Below, piece after piece: positions 46,754 through 57,206 of a DNA stretch of 64,000 bases (positions are counted from its first letter, which is position 1; every line of letters begins with the position of its first letter). The position numbers and the translations under genes were made by a program. The stretch covers positions 19,166-83,165 of the forward strand of contig CAZRLN010000001.1 of NCBI GenBank assembly GCA_964601085.1, given 5' to 3'. The stretch is from an uncultured Veillonellaceae bacterium. GTDB taxonomy: Bacteria; Bacillota; Negativicutes; UBA1444. The notes beneath the pieces are model-generated. The model ran no database searches and was not told the DNA's origin. It saw nothing but the letters and a program-made list of their open reading frames with translations.

Positions 46754-48063
46754 ACAACGACAGGAGTGTTGCGGACATCAGGGGTCGGCTTATTTCCGGC
46801 ATCAAATGGACGGCGGTAGTAGCGGTTGTGGTGTCGGCAAGTCATTTGGCTTCTTCGGTAATCGCGGCAAGACTGTTGGGGTTGGAGGAGTTTGGCAAGT
46901 TTTCGATTATTCGGAGTACGGCGATTATGATGGCCAACATTGCGGCAATGGGAATCGGTGTAGCCGCGACAAAATATGTGGCCGAACTTCGCAACACGAC
47001 TCCGGAACGACTGGGTAGAATCTTGGGACTGTGCTCCTCCATCACCATCGTGACCAGCGGATTGTTCGCACTGGCGCTGTTGCTGCTGGCGGAGGAGATT
47101 GCCACCACCAGCTTCAATTCGGGACAATTGGCCGGACAGTTGCGGATTTCCTCCATCTATATCTTCTTTGTCACACTGAATGAATATCAGAATGGTGTGT
47201 TGGCGGGGTTTGAATCCTTCGCGAAGCTGGCCCGAATCAATGCCATCCAGGCGGTGGGCAGCCTGTTGCTGATATCCGTGCTCGCCTTTTTGTGGGGGTT
47301 GACGGGCGCCGCGTGGGCGCTGGGCCTGTCCGGAGTGCTGAACTGGTACCTGAATCGGTTGGAAATTCGAAAACAACTGGCGAAATATCAGATCGCCGCG
47401 ACATATCAGGGGATTTTTCAGGAGAAGGCCGTGCTGACAAATTTCGCGCTGCCGGTGGCTTTTTCCGGAATGATCGGGGCGGTGACAGTATGGGGTTGCA
47501 ATGCTTTTTTGGTCCGACAGCCGGAAGGAATGGCGCAAATGGCCATATTTACGGCAGCAGGGTCTTTCCGGTCGCTCGTTATGTTTGTACCTGGAATGGT
47601 GATCCGCGTTGCAACTCCCATTTTGTGCAACCTGGTCGGCGAAAAAAATTATTTGGCATCATCGCGAGTTTTTAAGATCAATGTCCTGATTTCGGCTCTT
47701 GCCTCCTCCTGTGTTGCAGGCGTAATTATTTGGATGGCTCCGGAACTGTTGGCGCTGTTTGGGAAAAAATTCGTCATCGGCTCAGAAGTTGCAATAGTAG
47801 TTGCGCTAGTGTCAGTCATTGAAGTAATGGCCAGTACGTTGTATCAGCCTTTACTGGCTCATGGAAGAATCTGGTGGCAAGTCCAAGTGATCGTTTGCTG
47901 GAGCATCACTTTATTATTCGTAACCTTCTTGACTGCCGGCGATTATGGCGCTCTTGGATTGGCTGGTTCATATATGGCGGCGCATTTGGTTTCACTGAGC
48001 CTGTATGTATTCATGGGGCATCAGATCCGAAAAATAGCAAAACCGGATTTGGTTAGGATTTGA
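46750..48063 (+). CDS. oligosaccharide flippase Wzx (MOP superfamily polysaccharide biosynthesis protein)
   Basis: 437 aa, about 12 TM segments, typical PST family. TTG start overlapping the upstream stop. Confidence 0.75.
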   Translation: MNNDRSVADIRGRLISGIKWTAVVAVVVSASHLASSVIAARLLGLEEFGKFSIIRSTAIMMANIAAMGIGVAATKYVAELRNTTPERLGRILGLCSSITIVTSGLFALALLLLAEEIATTSFNSGQLAGQLRISSIYIFFVTLNEYQNGVLAGFESFAKLARINAIQAVGSLLLISVLAFLWGLTGAAWALGLSGVLNWYLNRLEIRKQLAKYQIAATYQGIFQEKAVLTNFALPVAFSGMIGAVTVWGCNAFLVRQPEGMAQMAIFTAAGSFRSLVMFVPGMVIRVATPILCNLVGEKNYLASSRVFKINVLISALASSCVAGVIIWMAPELLALFGKKFVIGSEVAIVVALVSVIEVMASTLYQPLLAHGRIWWQVQVIVCWSITLLFVTFLTAGDYGALGLAGSYMAAHLVSLSLYVFMGHQIRKIAKPDLVRI

Positions 48064-48086
48064 CATGACAGGGGAGGCAATTTTAT

Positions 48087-49091
48087 ATGGAATCTGAAGG
48101 AGTGGGCATCCCCTTTTTCAGCATCGTGATACCAGCCTATAACCGGGAAAAAGAAATTGTCCGGGCGATCGATAGTTGTCTCAATCAATCTTTTCACGAG
48201 ATTGAAGTGGTAGTGGTGGATGATGCATCTACTGACCATACGGCGGAAGTTGTTGCGGCAATGGACGATCCGCGGGTGAGACTGATTCGTCATACTATCA
48301 ATCGCAATGTATGCCCAGCTCGGAATACCGGGAGCGATCACAGTCGAGGCGAATGGGTGGTTTTTCTGGACAGTGACGACATCCTGACGCCAGGCGCTCT
48401 CCAAATGATGTGGAAATACGCGCGGGTTTGTCCTGATGAAATTGCCCAGTTGGGTTTCCAATTTGACCGCGAAGATGGCAGGGTATCGCCGGAACCGATT
48501 CCCCAGGAGTGCCTGTTGGACTATACCGGGTTTATCAGACTTTGTGAAGACTTGGTTCTTACGGATTGGGTGCAATGTACCCGACGATTCACATTTGACT
48601 TCGTCAGGTTTCCTGAAAGTCGAGCATATGAAAGCCCTTATCTTCTAGACTTTACGCAAAAATATAAAATTCATCTGATTCCTGAAATTGCTGGATACAA
48701 ATTTTTGGATAGTCCTAACAGGATTACATTGAATGTTGGCAGCGATGTTGTCTTGAAAATTTCCCGGGTTGCTCCCGATCACTTAGCGGCAACTGATTAT
48801 ATTTTGAAGCGACATGGTAAAATGCTCAAAATCCATTCGCCAAGACGATATCGCCTTTTCCGAAAAATGCAGCTTTTGGCCTGTTTCCTTGCAGGCTGGC
48901 GCTGGCGGGGAAGCCACCTGGGAATGAGCTATCTGCTGTCCTACCCCGGAGATGTCAGCGGGTGGGCGATAACCATGGCTGGACTTGCGGGACCGCAGAC
49001 ACTGACCAAAATTCGGCTGATGAAGCAACAACTGGCCAATTTGGCGGCAAAATATAGTTTGCGCTCAAAGACAACTGGAGGGGGAGCATAA
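48087..49091 (+). CDS. glycosyltransferase family 2
   Basis: FSIVIPAYNREKEIVRAIDSCLNQ...VVVDDASTDHT and the DSDD motif. Markedly lower GC than the housekeeping genes. Confidence 0.85.
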   Translation: MESEGVGIPFFSIVIPAYNREKEIVRAIDSCLNQSFHEIEVVVVDDASTDHTAEVVAAMDDPRVRLIRHTINRNVCPARNTGSDHSRGEWVVFLDSDDILTPGALQMMWKYARVCPDEIAQLGFQFDREDGRVSPEPIPQECLLDYTGFIRLCEDLVLTDWVQCTRRFTFDFVRFPESRAYESPYLLDFTQKYKIHLIPEIAGYKFLDSPNRITLNVGSDVVLKISRVAPDHLAATDYILKRHGKMLKIHSPRRYRLFRKMQLLACFLAGWRWRGSHLGMSYLLSYPGDVSGWAITMAGLAGPQTLTKIRLMKQQLANLAAKYSLRSKTTGGGA

Positions 49092-49092
49092 C

Positions 49093-50361
49093 ATGAAAAC
49101 GATGGAAGCCACCTTTGGCGCCTATCCACAAGTGAACGCCCAAGAGGGATTCGGATTTCACAAACTCTTTATGACCGCCTTGGCCGCCGGCTTAATGGGA
49201 GTGCTTTCTTCGTCCGCATTGTTCCCGCCTTCGTCGCCGCCGTTTTTCCGATTGCCGGCGGCTGCGGCGATTGTGGCGCTGATGTTTTTGTTGTCGGGCT
49301 TGCGGATTGGTAAATTTTCGACGGGACGGCTGCTGGCATTGGCCTGTTGGACTGGTTTCGCCCTGACATCCGTGATTTCCGCACTGCTTCACCGGGATTC
49401 CCTGTTGCCGGAAGTGTGGCAAGCCATTGGCGTGCCGCTCATCTTGTTCACGCTGTTTCCCCGGAGCGTCAGCCGGTTTGGCGATAAAATCGTCCTGTTT
49501 GCCATCATTCTGGCCTTTGCGCCCTATATTATCGTTTCCATCATTAAGGTGCCATTCTTTACCCCATATAACGGAGTGTTTTTGAACGCCAACATGTTCG
49601 GAATGATTGTTTCAACGATGTCGGCGGCAATTCTCGCGCTGTTGCGGGGTTCTTTGGATCAACGGGAATTTTCGCTGGCGAATTTGCTATGGCAGGCAAT
49701 GCTGTTGGGGATATTGGCCGGATCGTTGGTGCTGATTTTTTTAAGCGGATCCCGAACGAGTCTGGTGACGTTCAGCATCATGTGTCTGATCTTTTTCGCC
49801 TCCCTGTTTGTGAATATGTCGCGCAACCGTTACATGATCGCGATGTCGATCGCCGGGATTTTCGGCATTCTCCTGTATATTCTGGGAAGCGTTGCCATGA
49901 ATGCTTCGGCGACCGGTTTCGTCGAATACTTGACCAACAAATTCCTCACCAAAATTGCCCAGGACGATACGACCGGCGGACGTTTATACATATGGAGACT
50001 GGTACTGACCCACGCGCAGCTGATGGGATTGGGCAGCAACATATTAGGCGAACAGCCGGCCCACAATACCTACATGATGATTTTGGCGACAAAAGGTCCG
50101 ATCGCCATGGCGTTTATGATGGCGCTTCATTTGACAACCCTGGCGATGGCTTGGCGGCGAGTCGCGGTTGCGATCAAATATGATGGCTATTCCATCGGGC
50201 CATTGCTGATTGTCGTGAACTATCTGGTGATGGGACTGACCGAGAACGTATTTGGATCGCTGGGAAACGGCATCAACATTTCCTTTCTTCTAGCGGCCGG
50301 AATCCTTATTAATCAAGGTCAATACCTGCGGCTGGGGCATCCTCGGCAAGGGATGCGCTAG
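49093..50361 (+). CDS. O-antigen ligase/polymerase family membrane protein (Wzy-like)
   Basis: 422 aa polytopic membrane protein with a Wzy_C-like periplasmic loop. Confidence 0.7.
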   Translation: MKTMEATFGAYPQVNAQEGFGFHKLFMTALAAGLMGVLSSSALFPPSSPPFFRLPAAAAIVALMFLLSGLRIGKFSTGRLLALACWTGFALTSVISALLHRDSLLPEVWQAIGVPLILFTLFPRSVSRFGDKIVLFAIILAFAPYIIVSIIKVPFFTPYNGVFLNANMFGMIVSTMSAAILALLRGSLDQREFSLANLLWQAMLLGILAGSLVLIFLSGSRTSLVTFSIMCLIFFASLFVNMSRNRYMIAMSIAGIFGILLYILGSVAMNASATGFVEYLTNKFLTKIAQDDTTGGRLYIWRLVLTHAQLMGLGSNILGEQPAHNTYMMILATKGPIAMAFMMALHLTTLAMAWRRVAVAIKYDGYSIGPLLIVVNYLVMGLTENVFGSLGNGINISFLLAAGILINQGQYLRLGHPRQGMR

Positions 50362-50363
50362 AA

Positions 50364-51584
50364 ATGAAAGCGATGTTTGTACACGAACACAAGTTTGTTC
50401 GCGACGAAACCGGTAATTACTATTCTTCCGGACAATTTCCCTATCGGATTTGGCAACGGTATCTGGAGAATTTTGACGAATTGGTGGTCGTAGGCCGATT
50501 AAGGCCATTGCGGTCCGGGGAAAACTATCAATCCATGGATTTGTCGAGCGGTCCGAACGTAAGCTTCATGGAAGCGCCTTCACTCAGCGATCCTTGTTCC
50601 ATGATTTTTCGACGGCAGGAAGCAGCGGACAGAATCCGGAAAGCAATGCAAACCTGTGACGCCGTTATTATCCGAACCAGCGCCATGGGGCAACTTGCGG
50701 CTGAAATCGCCATGCAACTAAAGAAACCATGGGCGGTGGAAGTCGTGGGGTGCGCGTTCGATTCGCTATGGAATTATGGCAACTGGCAGGGAAAGTTATA
50801 TGCGCCATTTGCGGCCACCATGAACCGAAGAATGATCGGCAAGGCCCCTTTCGCGATCTACGTGACGCAAAGATTTCTGCAAAACCGCTATCCCTGTCCC
50901 GGTTATTCCGTCGGCTGTTCGGATGTGCAACTGGAAAAACGGGATGAGAAGATATTGATCAATCGGCTCAAGAGAATAGAAGGTAATGGCCCGGTTTTCA
51001 AAATTGGCCTGATTGGATCCCTCGTACATTCCCACAAGGGAATCGATACTGCGCTGCGGGCTTTGAAAAGGAGCAGGGAAAAACTGCCGCCGTTTGAATT
51101 CAGGATTCTTGGCGCTGGCGATCCCAAACGCTGGCAAACACTGGCCGAAGAGTGCGGAGTCGGTTCACAAACTGCATTTTGCGGTACGTTGGCCAACGGC
51201 GCAGCCGTAAGTCATTGGTTGGATGAAATCGACCTGTATATTCAGCCCAGCCGGGTCGAAGGCTTGCCCAGGGCGCTGGTGGAAGCGATGAGCAGGGGTT
51301 GCCCGGCATTGGGGTCGAATGTTGGCGGAATTCCTGAACTTCTGGATTCGCAGTGCCTTCACAAACCGGATGACGTCAATGGCTTGGCCCGGCTGTTGCT
51401 CACTGCCATTGGCAATAGAGAATGGCGGGTTGAGCAAGCCCAAAAGAACTTTTTACACGCCGGGGAATATGATGGCGAGGTGCTGGGCGAAATTAGACGG
51501 AATTTTTGGCGGAAGTTCGTCAACTATTGCCAAAGGGTTTCGGGTCCGGATTCCAACAAAGTATACCGCGATTGCATCGTTTGA
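50364..51584 (+). CDS. glycosyltransferase family 4
   Basis: C-terminal GT-B motif EGLPRALVEAMSRGCPALGSNVGGIPEL (E-x7-E). Confidence 0.85.
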   Translation: MKAMFVHEHKFVRDETGNYYSSGQFPYRIWQRYLENFDELVVVGRLRPLRSGENYQSMDLSSGPNVSFMEAPSLSDPCSMIFRRQEAADRIRKAMQTCDAVIIRTSAMGQLAAEIAMQLKKPWAVEVVGCAFDSLWNYGNWQGKLYAPFAATMNRRMIGKAPFAIYVTQRFLQNRYPCPGYSVGCSDVQLEKRDEKILINRLKRIEGNGPVFKIGLIGSLVHSHKGIDTALRALKRSREKLPPFEFRILGAGDPKRWQTLAEECGVGSQTAFCGTLANGAAVSHWLDEIDLYIQPSRVEGLPRALVEAMSRGCPALGSNVGGIPELLDSQCLHKPDDVNGLARLLLTAIGNREWRVEQAQKNFLHAGEYDGEVLGEIRRNFWRKFVNYCQRVSGPDSNKVYRDCIV

Positions 51585-51624
51585 CCAGAATTTCGGAACG
51601 CAGGCGAGCTTGGAGGATGAAGCC

Positions 51625-52995
51625 GTGAACTTGCGGGAAAAATCGTCGTCAAAGGCCGGGCTGTACTTGATGATTACCGTTTTACTTGTTCTTGCGGGCT
51701 TTGTTTGGTGGAAAGAGAGCAATGCCTTTGGTGTGACGCATTCGAATCCGGCCGGAAAAAAAATGACGGCGTCCCGGAATCAGGTTGCGGGGGCCGGGGG
51801 AACGGAATCAGGTTCGGTCACGGATGTCATCAATGTGAAGTCGTTTGGCGCCCGCGGCGATGGGGAACACAACGATACGGCGGCGATCCAGGCCGCAATC
51901 GATGCCGCCGGAGGCAAAACAACAACCGTTTTCATCCCGCCGGGAGAATATAAAATTGATGCGGTTCAGTCACTGACGCTAAAAAGCGGCACTACCCTGC
52001 AAATGACCCCGGACACCATCCTGCGCGTGATTCCCAATTCTGCACCGCGTTACGCCTTGATCACAGTGAACGGCGTAGAGAATGTCCGGATTCTCGGCGG
52101 TATTCTGATCGGCGACCGCAAGCAACACTTCGGCATAACCGGCGAATGGGGCATGGGGATTCGCATTACCGGCGCGAAAAATATACTTGTTCAGGATACG
52201 ACCTGCAATGAATTTTGGGGTGACGGGTTTTATATCGGCGAAACGACGCCGGGCAAGCCAAGCGAAAATGTCCGCCTGGTGGGCATCAAGGCGGACCGGA
52301 ACCGCCGTCAGGGATTGTCGCTGATCAGCGGGAAAAACATTGAGATTATCAACGCCGGTTTTACAAATACCAATGGAACGGCTCCGGCGGCAGGAATAGA
52401 TATCGAACCCAACAACCCGCGTAATGTATTGGAAAATATTATCATCCGGGATTTAACCACGGCTGGAAATCAAGGCGCGGGAATTATCATCAGCTCGGGA
52501 GCTTTGGCCGGCACGACGAATCCTGTCGGCATCCGAATCCTGAATCACCGGGATGAAGGCAGCGATCGCGGTATGCAGATTTCCACCAAAGGCATCATTT
52601 CCGGTGAGATCCTTATCGATCATCCGGAATGGAATAACACCCGCCGGAATGCAATCGCCATCCAGGGGCATGATCATCGTTCTTTCCACATCCAGATCAA
52701 TGCCGCCGCGATAACCGACGTGAATCAGAGCCTCCCGGGGGCAGCAATCGACATATACAGCTTTAAAGGTAGCAGTCCCAATGAAAATGGCGGGATCGGC
52801 AATGTCAGCGTCAACAGCCCGGTGATCGCCGATACCAGGGTCAATCCCAAGACCATTGCAGCTTTCTATATTTGGGATATTCCCGGCCATCGGATTCGGC
52901 GGTTGTCAATCAGCAATCCGGTTTTAAAAGGAAATTTGACGATGCTTTCTCTCCAAAATAATATTCATGAGTATGTGAACTATACGCAAAAATAG
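51625..52995 (+). CDS. right-handed parallel beta-helix (pectate-lyase fold) protein with N-terminal signal-anchor
   Basis: GTG start after RBS GGAGGA. TM helix LYLMITVLLVLAGFVWW. The Pectate_lyase_3-like motif VKSFGARGDGEHNDTAAIQAAIDAAG is followed by repeated beta-helix coils. Confidence 0.7.
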   Translation: MNLREKSSSKAGLYLMITVLLVLAGFVWWKESNAFGVTHSNPAGKKMTASRNQVAGAGGTESGSVTDVINVKSFGARGDGEHNDTAAIQAAIDAAGGKTTTVFIPPGEYKIDAVQSLTLKSGTTLQMTPDTILRVIPNSAPRYALITVNGVENVRILGGILIGDRKQHFGITGEWGMGIRITGAKNILVQDTTCNEFWGDGFYIGETTPGKPSENVRLVGIKADRNRRQGLSLISGKNIEIINAGFTNTNGTAPAAGIDIEPNNPRNVLENIIIRDLTTAGNQGAGIIISSGALAGTTNPVGIRILNHRDEGSDRGMQISTKGIISGEILIDHPEWNNTRRNAIAIQGHDHRSFHIQINAAAITDVNQSLPGAAIDIYSFKGSSPNENGGIGNVSVNSPVIADTRVNPKTIAAFYIWDIPGHRIRRLSISNPVLKGNLTMLSLQNNIHEYVNYTQK

Positions 52996-53029
52996 TCGGA
53001 TGCCTGAAGGAAAACCGGAGGTGTTATTT

Positions 53030-54313
53030 GTGAACCGAAAGATTGGTGTTATTGGACTCGGGTACGTGGGATTGCCGATTGCCATCGCATTTGCCCGAAA
53101 ATTCGATGGCGTGGTCGGCTTTGACATTAATCCTGCAAAAATCAACTCCTTGCGCCAGGGGGAAGACAACACCGGCGAAGTGGAAATCGCCGATTTGCGG
53201 TCCACTTCCTTGAAATTCACCAATGAGGTTCGGGATCTGGAAGCAGTGGACTTTTTTGTAGTGGCGGTGCCGACGCCGATTGACGAAGCGAATTGCCCGG
53301 ATCTCAGCGCGCTTGAAAGAGCTTCGGAAGTGGTTGGCAGTGTCCTGCGCCCCGGATCGGTAGTGGTTTACGAGTCGACTGTATATCCCGGAGTTACGGA
53401 GGAAATATGCGGTCCCATATTGGCCCGGGTATCCGGACTCAAGCAAGGGGTTGATTTCAAACTCGGATATTCCCCGGAACGAATCAGCCCGGGAGACAAA
53501 AAACACCGGCTGGAAAACATTGTTAAGGTTGTGTCCGGGGAAGATGAACAAACTTTAGATGTTATCGCCCAGGCCTATAATGCGATTGTTGACGCCGGAA
53601 TTTATCGGGCTTCCAGTATCAAAGTGGCGGAAGCGGCGAAAGTCATCGAAAATACGCAGCGGGATCTTAATATTGCGTTGATGAACGAGTTGGCCATTAT
53701 TTTCGAAAAGATGCGGATTTGTACGCGCGATGTCCTGGCGGCAGCCAATACGAAGTGGAACTTTCTTCCCTTTTCCCCGGGGCTTGTCGGTGGACACTGC
53801 ATCGGCGTCGATCCTTATTATTTAACCTATAAGGCGGAAGAAATCGGCTACAGCCCCCAAGTCATCCTGGCCGGCAGACGAATTAACGACGGAATGGGCA
53901 AATATGTGGCCGAGCAGACCGTCAAAAAAATCGCCAAAGAACGGGTGGTGGTTTCGGATGCGAAAGTCGGGATTTTTGGCCTGACTTTCAAGGAGAATGT
54001 GCCGGATATCCGTAATAGTCGGGTCCCGGATATTGTGGATGAATTGCGAAGTTACGGAATTGAAGCGTTGGTGCATGACCCGGCGGCGGATAGAAAAGCC
54101 GCCATGTCCGAGTATGGAATCCTCCTTCGGGATTTGTCGGTGTTGCAACAATTGGATGCCATCATCATAGCGGTGGCCCATGAGGAATATGTAACCGCAG
54201 GCTTGCCGGCGTTTGTCGCTCGGCTAAAAAACCAACAGGGAGTTGTCATGGACGTGAAGTCCATATTCAATCCTGAAAAGTTGCCAATGGGGGTGAGGTA
54301 TTGGAGCCTGTAG
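53030..54313 (+). CDS. UDP-N-acetyl-D-glucosamine/mannosamine 6-dehydrogenase (TviB/WbpA/WecC family)
   Basis: [15 protein letters not shown] Rossmann N-terminus, catalytic Cys region GGHCIG. GTG start after RBS GGAGG. Confidence 0.85.
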   Translation: MNRKIGVIGLGYVGLPIAIAFARKFDGVVGFDINPAKINSLRQGEDNTGEVEIADLRSTSLKFTNEVRDLEAVDFFVVAVPTPIDEANCPDLSALERASEVVGSVLRPGSVVVYESTVYPGVTEEICGPILARVSGLKQGVDFKLGYSPERISPGDKKHRLENIVKVVSGEDEQTLDVIAQAYNAIVDAGIYRASSIKVAEAAKVIENTQRDLNIALMNELAIIFEKMRICTRDVLAAANTKWNFLPFSPGLVGGHCIGVDPYYLTYKAEEIGYSPQVILAGRRINDGMGKYVAEQTVKKIAKERVVVSDAKVGIFGLTFKENVPDIRNSRVPDIVDELRSYGIEALVHDPAADRKAAMSEYGILLRDLSVLQQLDAIIIAVAHEEYVTAGLPAFVARLKNQQGVVMDVKSIFNPEKLPMGVRYWSL

Positions 54314-55353
54314 CAAGCGCATACGAAGTATTGCAGAAACAATTGCGGCATTCGCCCCGAAAGTGGCTTGTGACCGGAGTAGCCGGATTTATTGGATCCA
54401 ATCTGTTGGAAAATCTGTTGTTGATGGACCAGATTGTTGTCGGCGTTGATAATTTTTCAACCGGCTTTCAGGAAAATATCGAAGATGTCCTGTCGAAGGT
54501 CGCTCCGGGACAGGCCGCCCGATTTTCCCTGATCACGGGGGACATTCGAGATGATTCTCTCTGCAGGCAAGCTTGTCAGGGTATCGATATTGTGCTGCAG
54601 GAGGCGGCCCTGGGGTCTGTATCAAGATCCGTCGCCGATCCGGCGACGACTAACCAGAATAATGTCGACGGCTTTTTGAATATGTTGATCGCCGCCCGGG
54701 ATGCAAAGGTAGCGAGATTTGTCTTCGCCTCCTCCAGTTCCGTATACGGGGACTGCACCGATCTTCCAAAAATTGAGGATCATATTGGAAAGCCACTTTC
54801 ACCCTACGCGGTCACAAAATATTTGAATGAGTTATATGCAGGCGTTTTTGGCCGACTTTATGATTTTTCCTGTATCGGGCTGCGGTATTTCAATGTTTTT
54901 GGCCGGCGCCAAAACCCCAATGGCGCTTATGCCGCAGTCATTCCAAAATGGTTTAATAGCTTAATCCGGCGGGAAAAAACTTTCATCAACGGAGACGGAG
55001 CAACCAGCCGTGATTTTTGCTTTATCGATAATGTGGTCCAGGCGAACCTGCTGGCCGGTTGCACCGACAATCCGGCAGCAATCGGCCAAGTTTACAACAT
55101 CGCCTGCGGTGAACGGACAACGCTCAACGAATTGCATTCCATGATCCGAAAGCTGCTGGAAAACGCTAACCCGGATTATCTTTTCACAGAACCGGAGTAT
55201 CGGGAGTTTCTGCCCGGCGATGTACGACATTCCCATGCCGATATTGAAAAGGCCGTTCAGTTGCTTGGTTATTGTCCGACGCATATGGTTCAGGAAGGTT
55301 TGGCAAAAACCGCCGCGTGGTATTTGCAACACGGAACGGGTTGCCCCAAATGA
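54301..55353 (+). CDS. NAD-dependent UDP-sugar 4-epimerase (TviC/WbpP-like)
   Basis: [19 protein letters not shown] Rossmann motif, YxxxK in [11 protein letters not shown]. The adjacent TviB-like gene suggests UDP-GlcNAcA to UDP-GalNAcA conversion. Confidence 0.85.
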   Translation: MEPVASAYEVLQKQLRHSPRKWLVTGVAGFIGSNLLENLLLMDQIVVGVDNFSTGFQENIEDVLSKVAPGQAARFSLITGDIRDDSLCRQACQGIDIVLQEAALGSVSRSVADPATTNQNNVDGFLNMLIAARDAKVARFVFASSSSVYGDCTDLPKIEDHIGKPLSPYAVTKYLNELYAGVFGRLYDFSCIGLRYFNVFGRRQNPNGAYAAVIPKWFNSLIRREKTFINGDGATSRDFCFIDNVVQANLLAGCTDNPAAIGQVYNIACGERTTLNELHSMIRKLLENANPDYLFTEPEYREFLPGDVRHSHADIEKAVQLLGYCPTHMVQEGLAKTAAWYLQHGTGCPK

Positions 55354-55372
55354 ATTGATTGGGGGGTCTTCG

Positions 55373-56581
55373 ATGGCTAGAATTCTGGTGATTGGCGGAA
55401 ATGTCCATTCCCTGGTCCTGTTTCGCGGCGATATGATTCAACAAATGGTGGAGGACGGGAATGAGGTTTTTGCGATGGCGCCGGCGACGGATTTGGAAGG
55501 AGAAGCGGCAAACCTATTGACAAAACTTGTGGCGGAGAAGCTTCAAACGCTGGGTGTTCCTTATTTGCCGATTCCGCTGAATCGCACCGGTGTGAACCCT
55601 TTAAAAGATTTGCATACGATTTGTTGGCTTAGCCGAAAAATGAATGAAATAGAACCGGATGTCGTGTTGTCCTACACAATGAAACCGGTGATTTACGGTT
55701 CGATTGCCGCCCGTATGGCTGGCGTGCGAAACATTTTTTCGATGATTACCGGCCTGGGCTATGTGTTTACCGGTGACTCCCTTCGACAACGGGTGTTGGC
55801 GCGGATTGTCATTGTATTGTATAAACTGGCGTTGGGGTTCAATAAAAAGATCTATTTTATGAATCCGGATGATTATAACCTGTTTCGGCAGTTGAAAATT
55901 GTACCTGACGGGAAAAAGACGGTGATGATTAATGGTTCCGGAGTCAATGTGGAGCGTTATTCATTTAAGCCGCCGCAAACGGAGACGTTTATTTTCCTGA
56001 TCATTGCCCGATTGCTTTGGGATAAGGGGGTTGGCGAGTTTGTCAGTGCGGCCCGGTTGTTGAAGGAAAAATATCCGGAAGTTCGCTGGCAAATCGTCGG
56101 TCCGTTTGACAATAATCCCAGCGCCATCCATCGGGAGGATGTGGCGAAGTGGCAGGCGGAAGGCTTGATAGAGTATATGGGGGCAACGGAGGATGTCCGT
56201 CCCTATCTGGAAAAGGCGAGTGTTTATGTGTTGCCGTCTTATCGTGAAGGGACGCCGCGATCCGTATTGGAAGCCATGGCAATGGGGCGTCCGGTTATTA
56301 CGACAGATGCCCCGGGCTGCAGGGAGACCGTGATCGACGGGGTTAATGGTTTTTTGGTTCCGGTGCGTGACAAGGTCGCGTTAGCCGCGGCCATGGAAAA
56401 ATTTATCATTGATAAAGAGCTTATGGCGGAAATGGGCAGAAAGGGACGGGAGATTGCGGAATCCCGCTATGATGTTCATAAAGTCAATCTTTCCATATTG
56501 CGACCGATGGAGTTGGATCAATTTCACGACAAAAGAAATGTTGCCCAGTGGAGTCCGGTCTCCAAATCATCCAAGGCTTGA
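55373..56581 (+). CDS. glycosyltransferase family 4
   Basis: MARILVIGG N-terminus and the GT-B C-terminal EGTPRSVLEAMAMGRPVITTDAPG motif. Confidence 0.85.
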   Translation: MARILVIGGNVHSLVLFRGDMIQQMVEDGNEVFAMAPATDLEGEAANLLTKLVAEKLQTLGVPYLPIPLNRTGVNPLKDLHTICWLSRKMNEIEPDVVLSYTMKPVIYGSIAARMAGVRNIFSMITGLGYVFTGDSLRQRVLARIVIVLYKLALGFNKKIYFMNPDDYNLFRQLKIVPDGKKTVMINGSGVNVERYSFKPPQTETFIFLIIARLLWDKGVGEFVSAARLLKEKYPEVRWQIVGPFDNNPSAIHREDVAKWQAEGLIEYMGATEDVRPYLEKASVYVLPSYREGTPRSVLEAMAMGRPVITTDAPGCRETVIDGVNGFLVPVRDKVALAAAMEKFIIDKELMAEMGRKGREIAESRYDVHKVNLSILRPMELDQFHDKRNVAQWSPVSKSSKA

Positions 56582-56600
56582 TTGAGGCGGTGAGGTTCCT

Positions 56601-57203
56601 GTGAAACGGATGTTTGACCTGGTCGCTTCCGCGACACTGTTGATCTTTCTGTTACCCGTACTGGCCGTTATTGCCGTTTTGGTTCGGTGGCGGCTCGGTT
56701 CTCCTGTAATTTTCAGAGCGATTCGTCCCGGTCTGCATGGCAAGCCGTTTTGCATGTATAAGTTTCGGACCATGACGAATGCCCGTGATAAAGCAGGGCG
56801 TCTATTGCCGGATAAGGAAAGAATCAATCGATTGGGCGAGCTGTTGAGACGGTCGAGTTTGGATGAATTGCCTCAATTGGTAAATGTGATCAAAGGAGAA
56901 ATGAGTCTGGTTGGCCCCCGGCCACTGGCGATGGAATATCTGCCGCTTTACAATATGGAACAAGCTCGGCGGCATCACGTCAAACCCGGGATTACCGGCT
57001 GGGCCCAGGTCAATGGGCGAGCCACGATTTCCTGGACCGAAAAGTTCAAATTGGATGTTTGGTATGTAGATAATCATTCCTTTTCGATCGATATGTTGAT
57101 CTTGTTTCTGACGGTGAAGAATGTAGTTTTTCAACACGGCGTGTGCAACACTGGCGAAACAAAGTATGGCAATTTTTTGGGATCAAATTATAAGGATGGA
57201 TGA
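56601..57203 (+). CDS. undecaprenyl-phosphate sugar-phosphotransferase, small PglC/WbaP-C-terminal type (priming enzyme)
   Basis: Single N-terminal TM helix plus the Bac_transf domain with DELPQL and SLVGPRP motifs. 200 aa, typical of PglC-like enzymes that transfer N-acyl-amino-dideoxyhexose-1-P. Confidence 0.85.
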   Translation: MKRMFDLVASATLLIFLLPVLAVIAVLVRWRLGSPVIFRAIRPGLHGKPFCMYKFRTMTNARDKAGRLLPDKERINRLGELLRRSSLDELPQLVNVIKGEMSLVGPRPLAMEYLPLYNMEQARRHHVKPGITGWAQVNGRATISWTEKFKLDVWYVDNHSFSIDMLILFLTVKNVVFQHGVCNTGETKYGNFLGSNYKDG

Positions 57204-57206
57204 GAA

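Noticed and set aside
46282-47538. 418-aa minus-strand ORF antisense to wzx/capD
   Set aside because: Shadow ORF with no membrane or enzyme features. The plus-strand Wzx has the expected 12-TM pattern.
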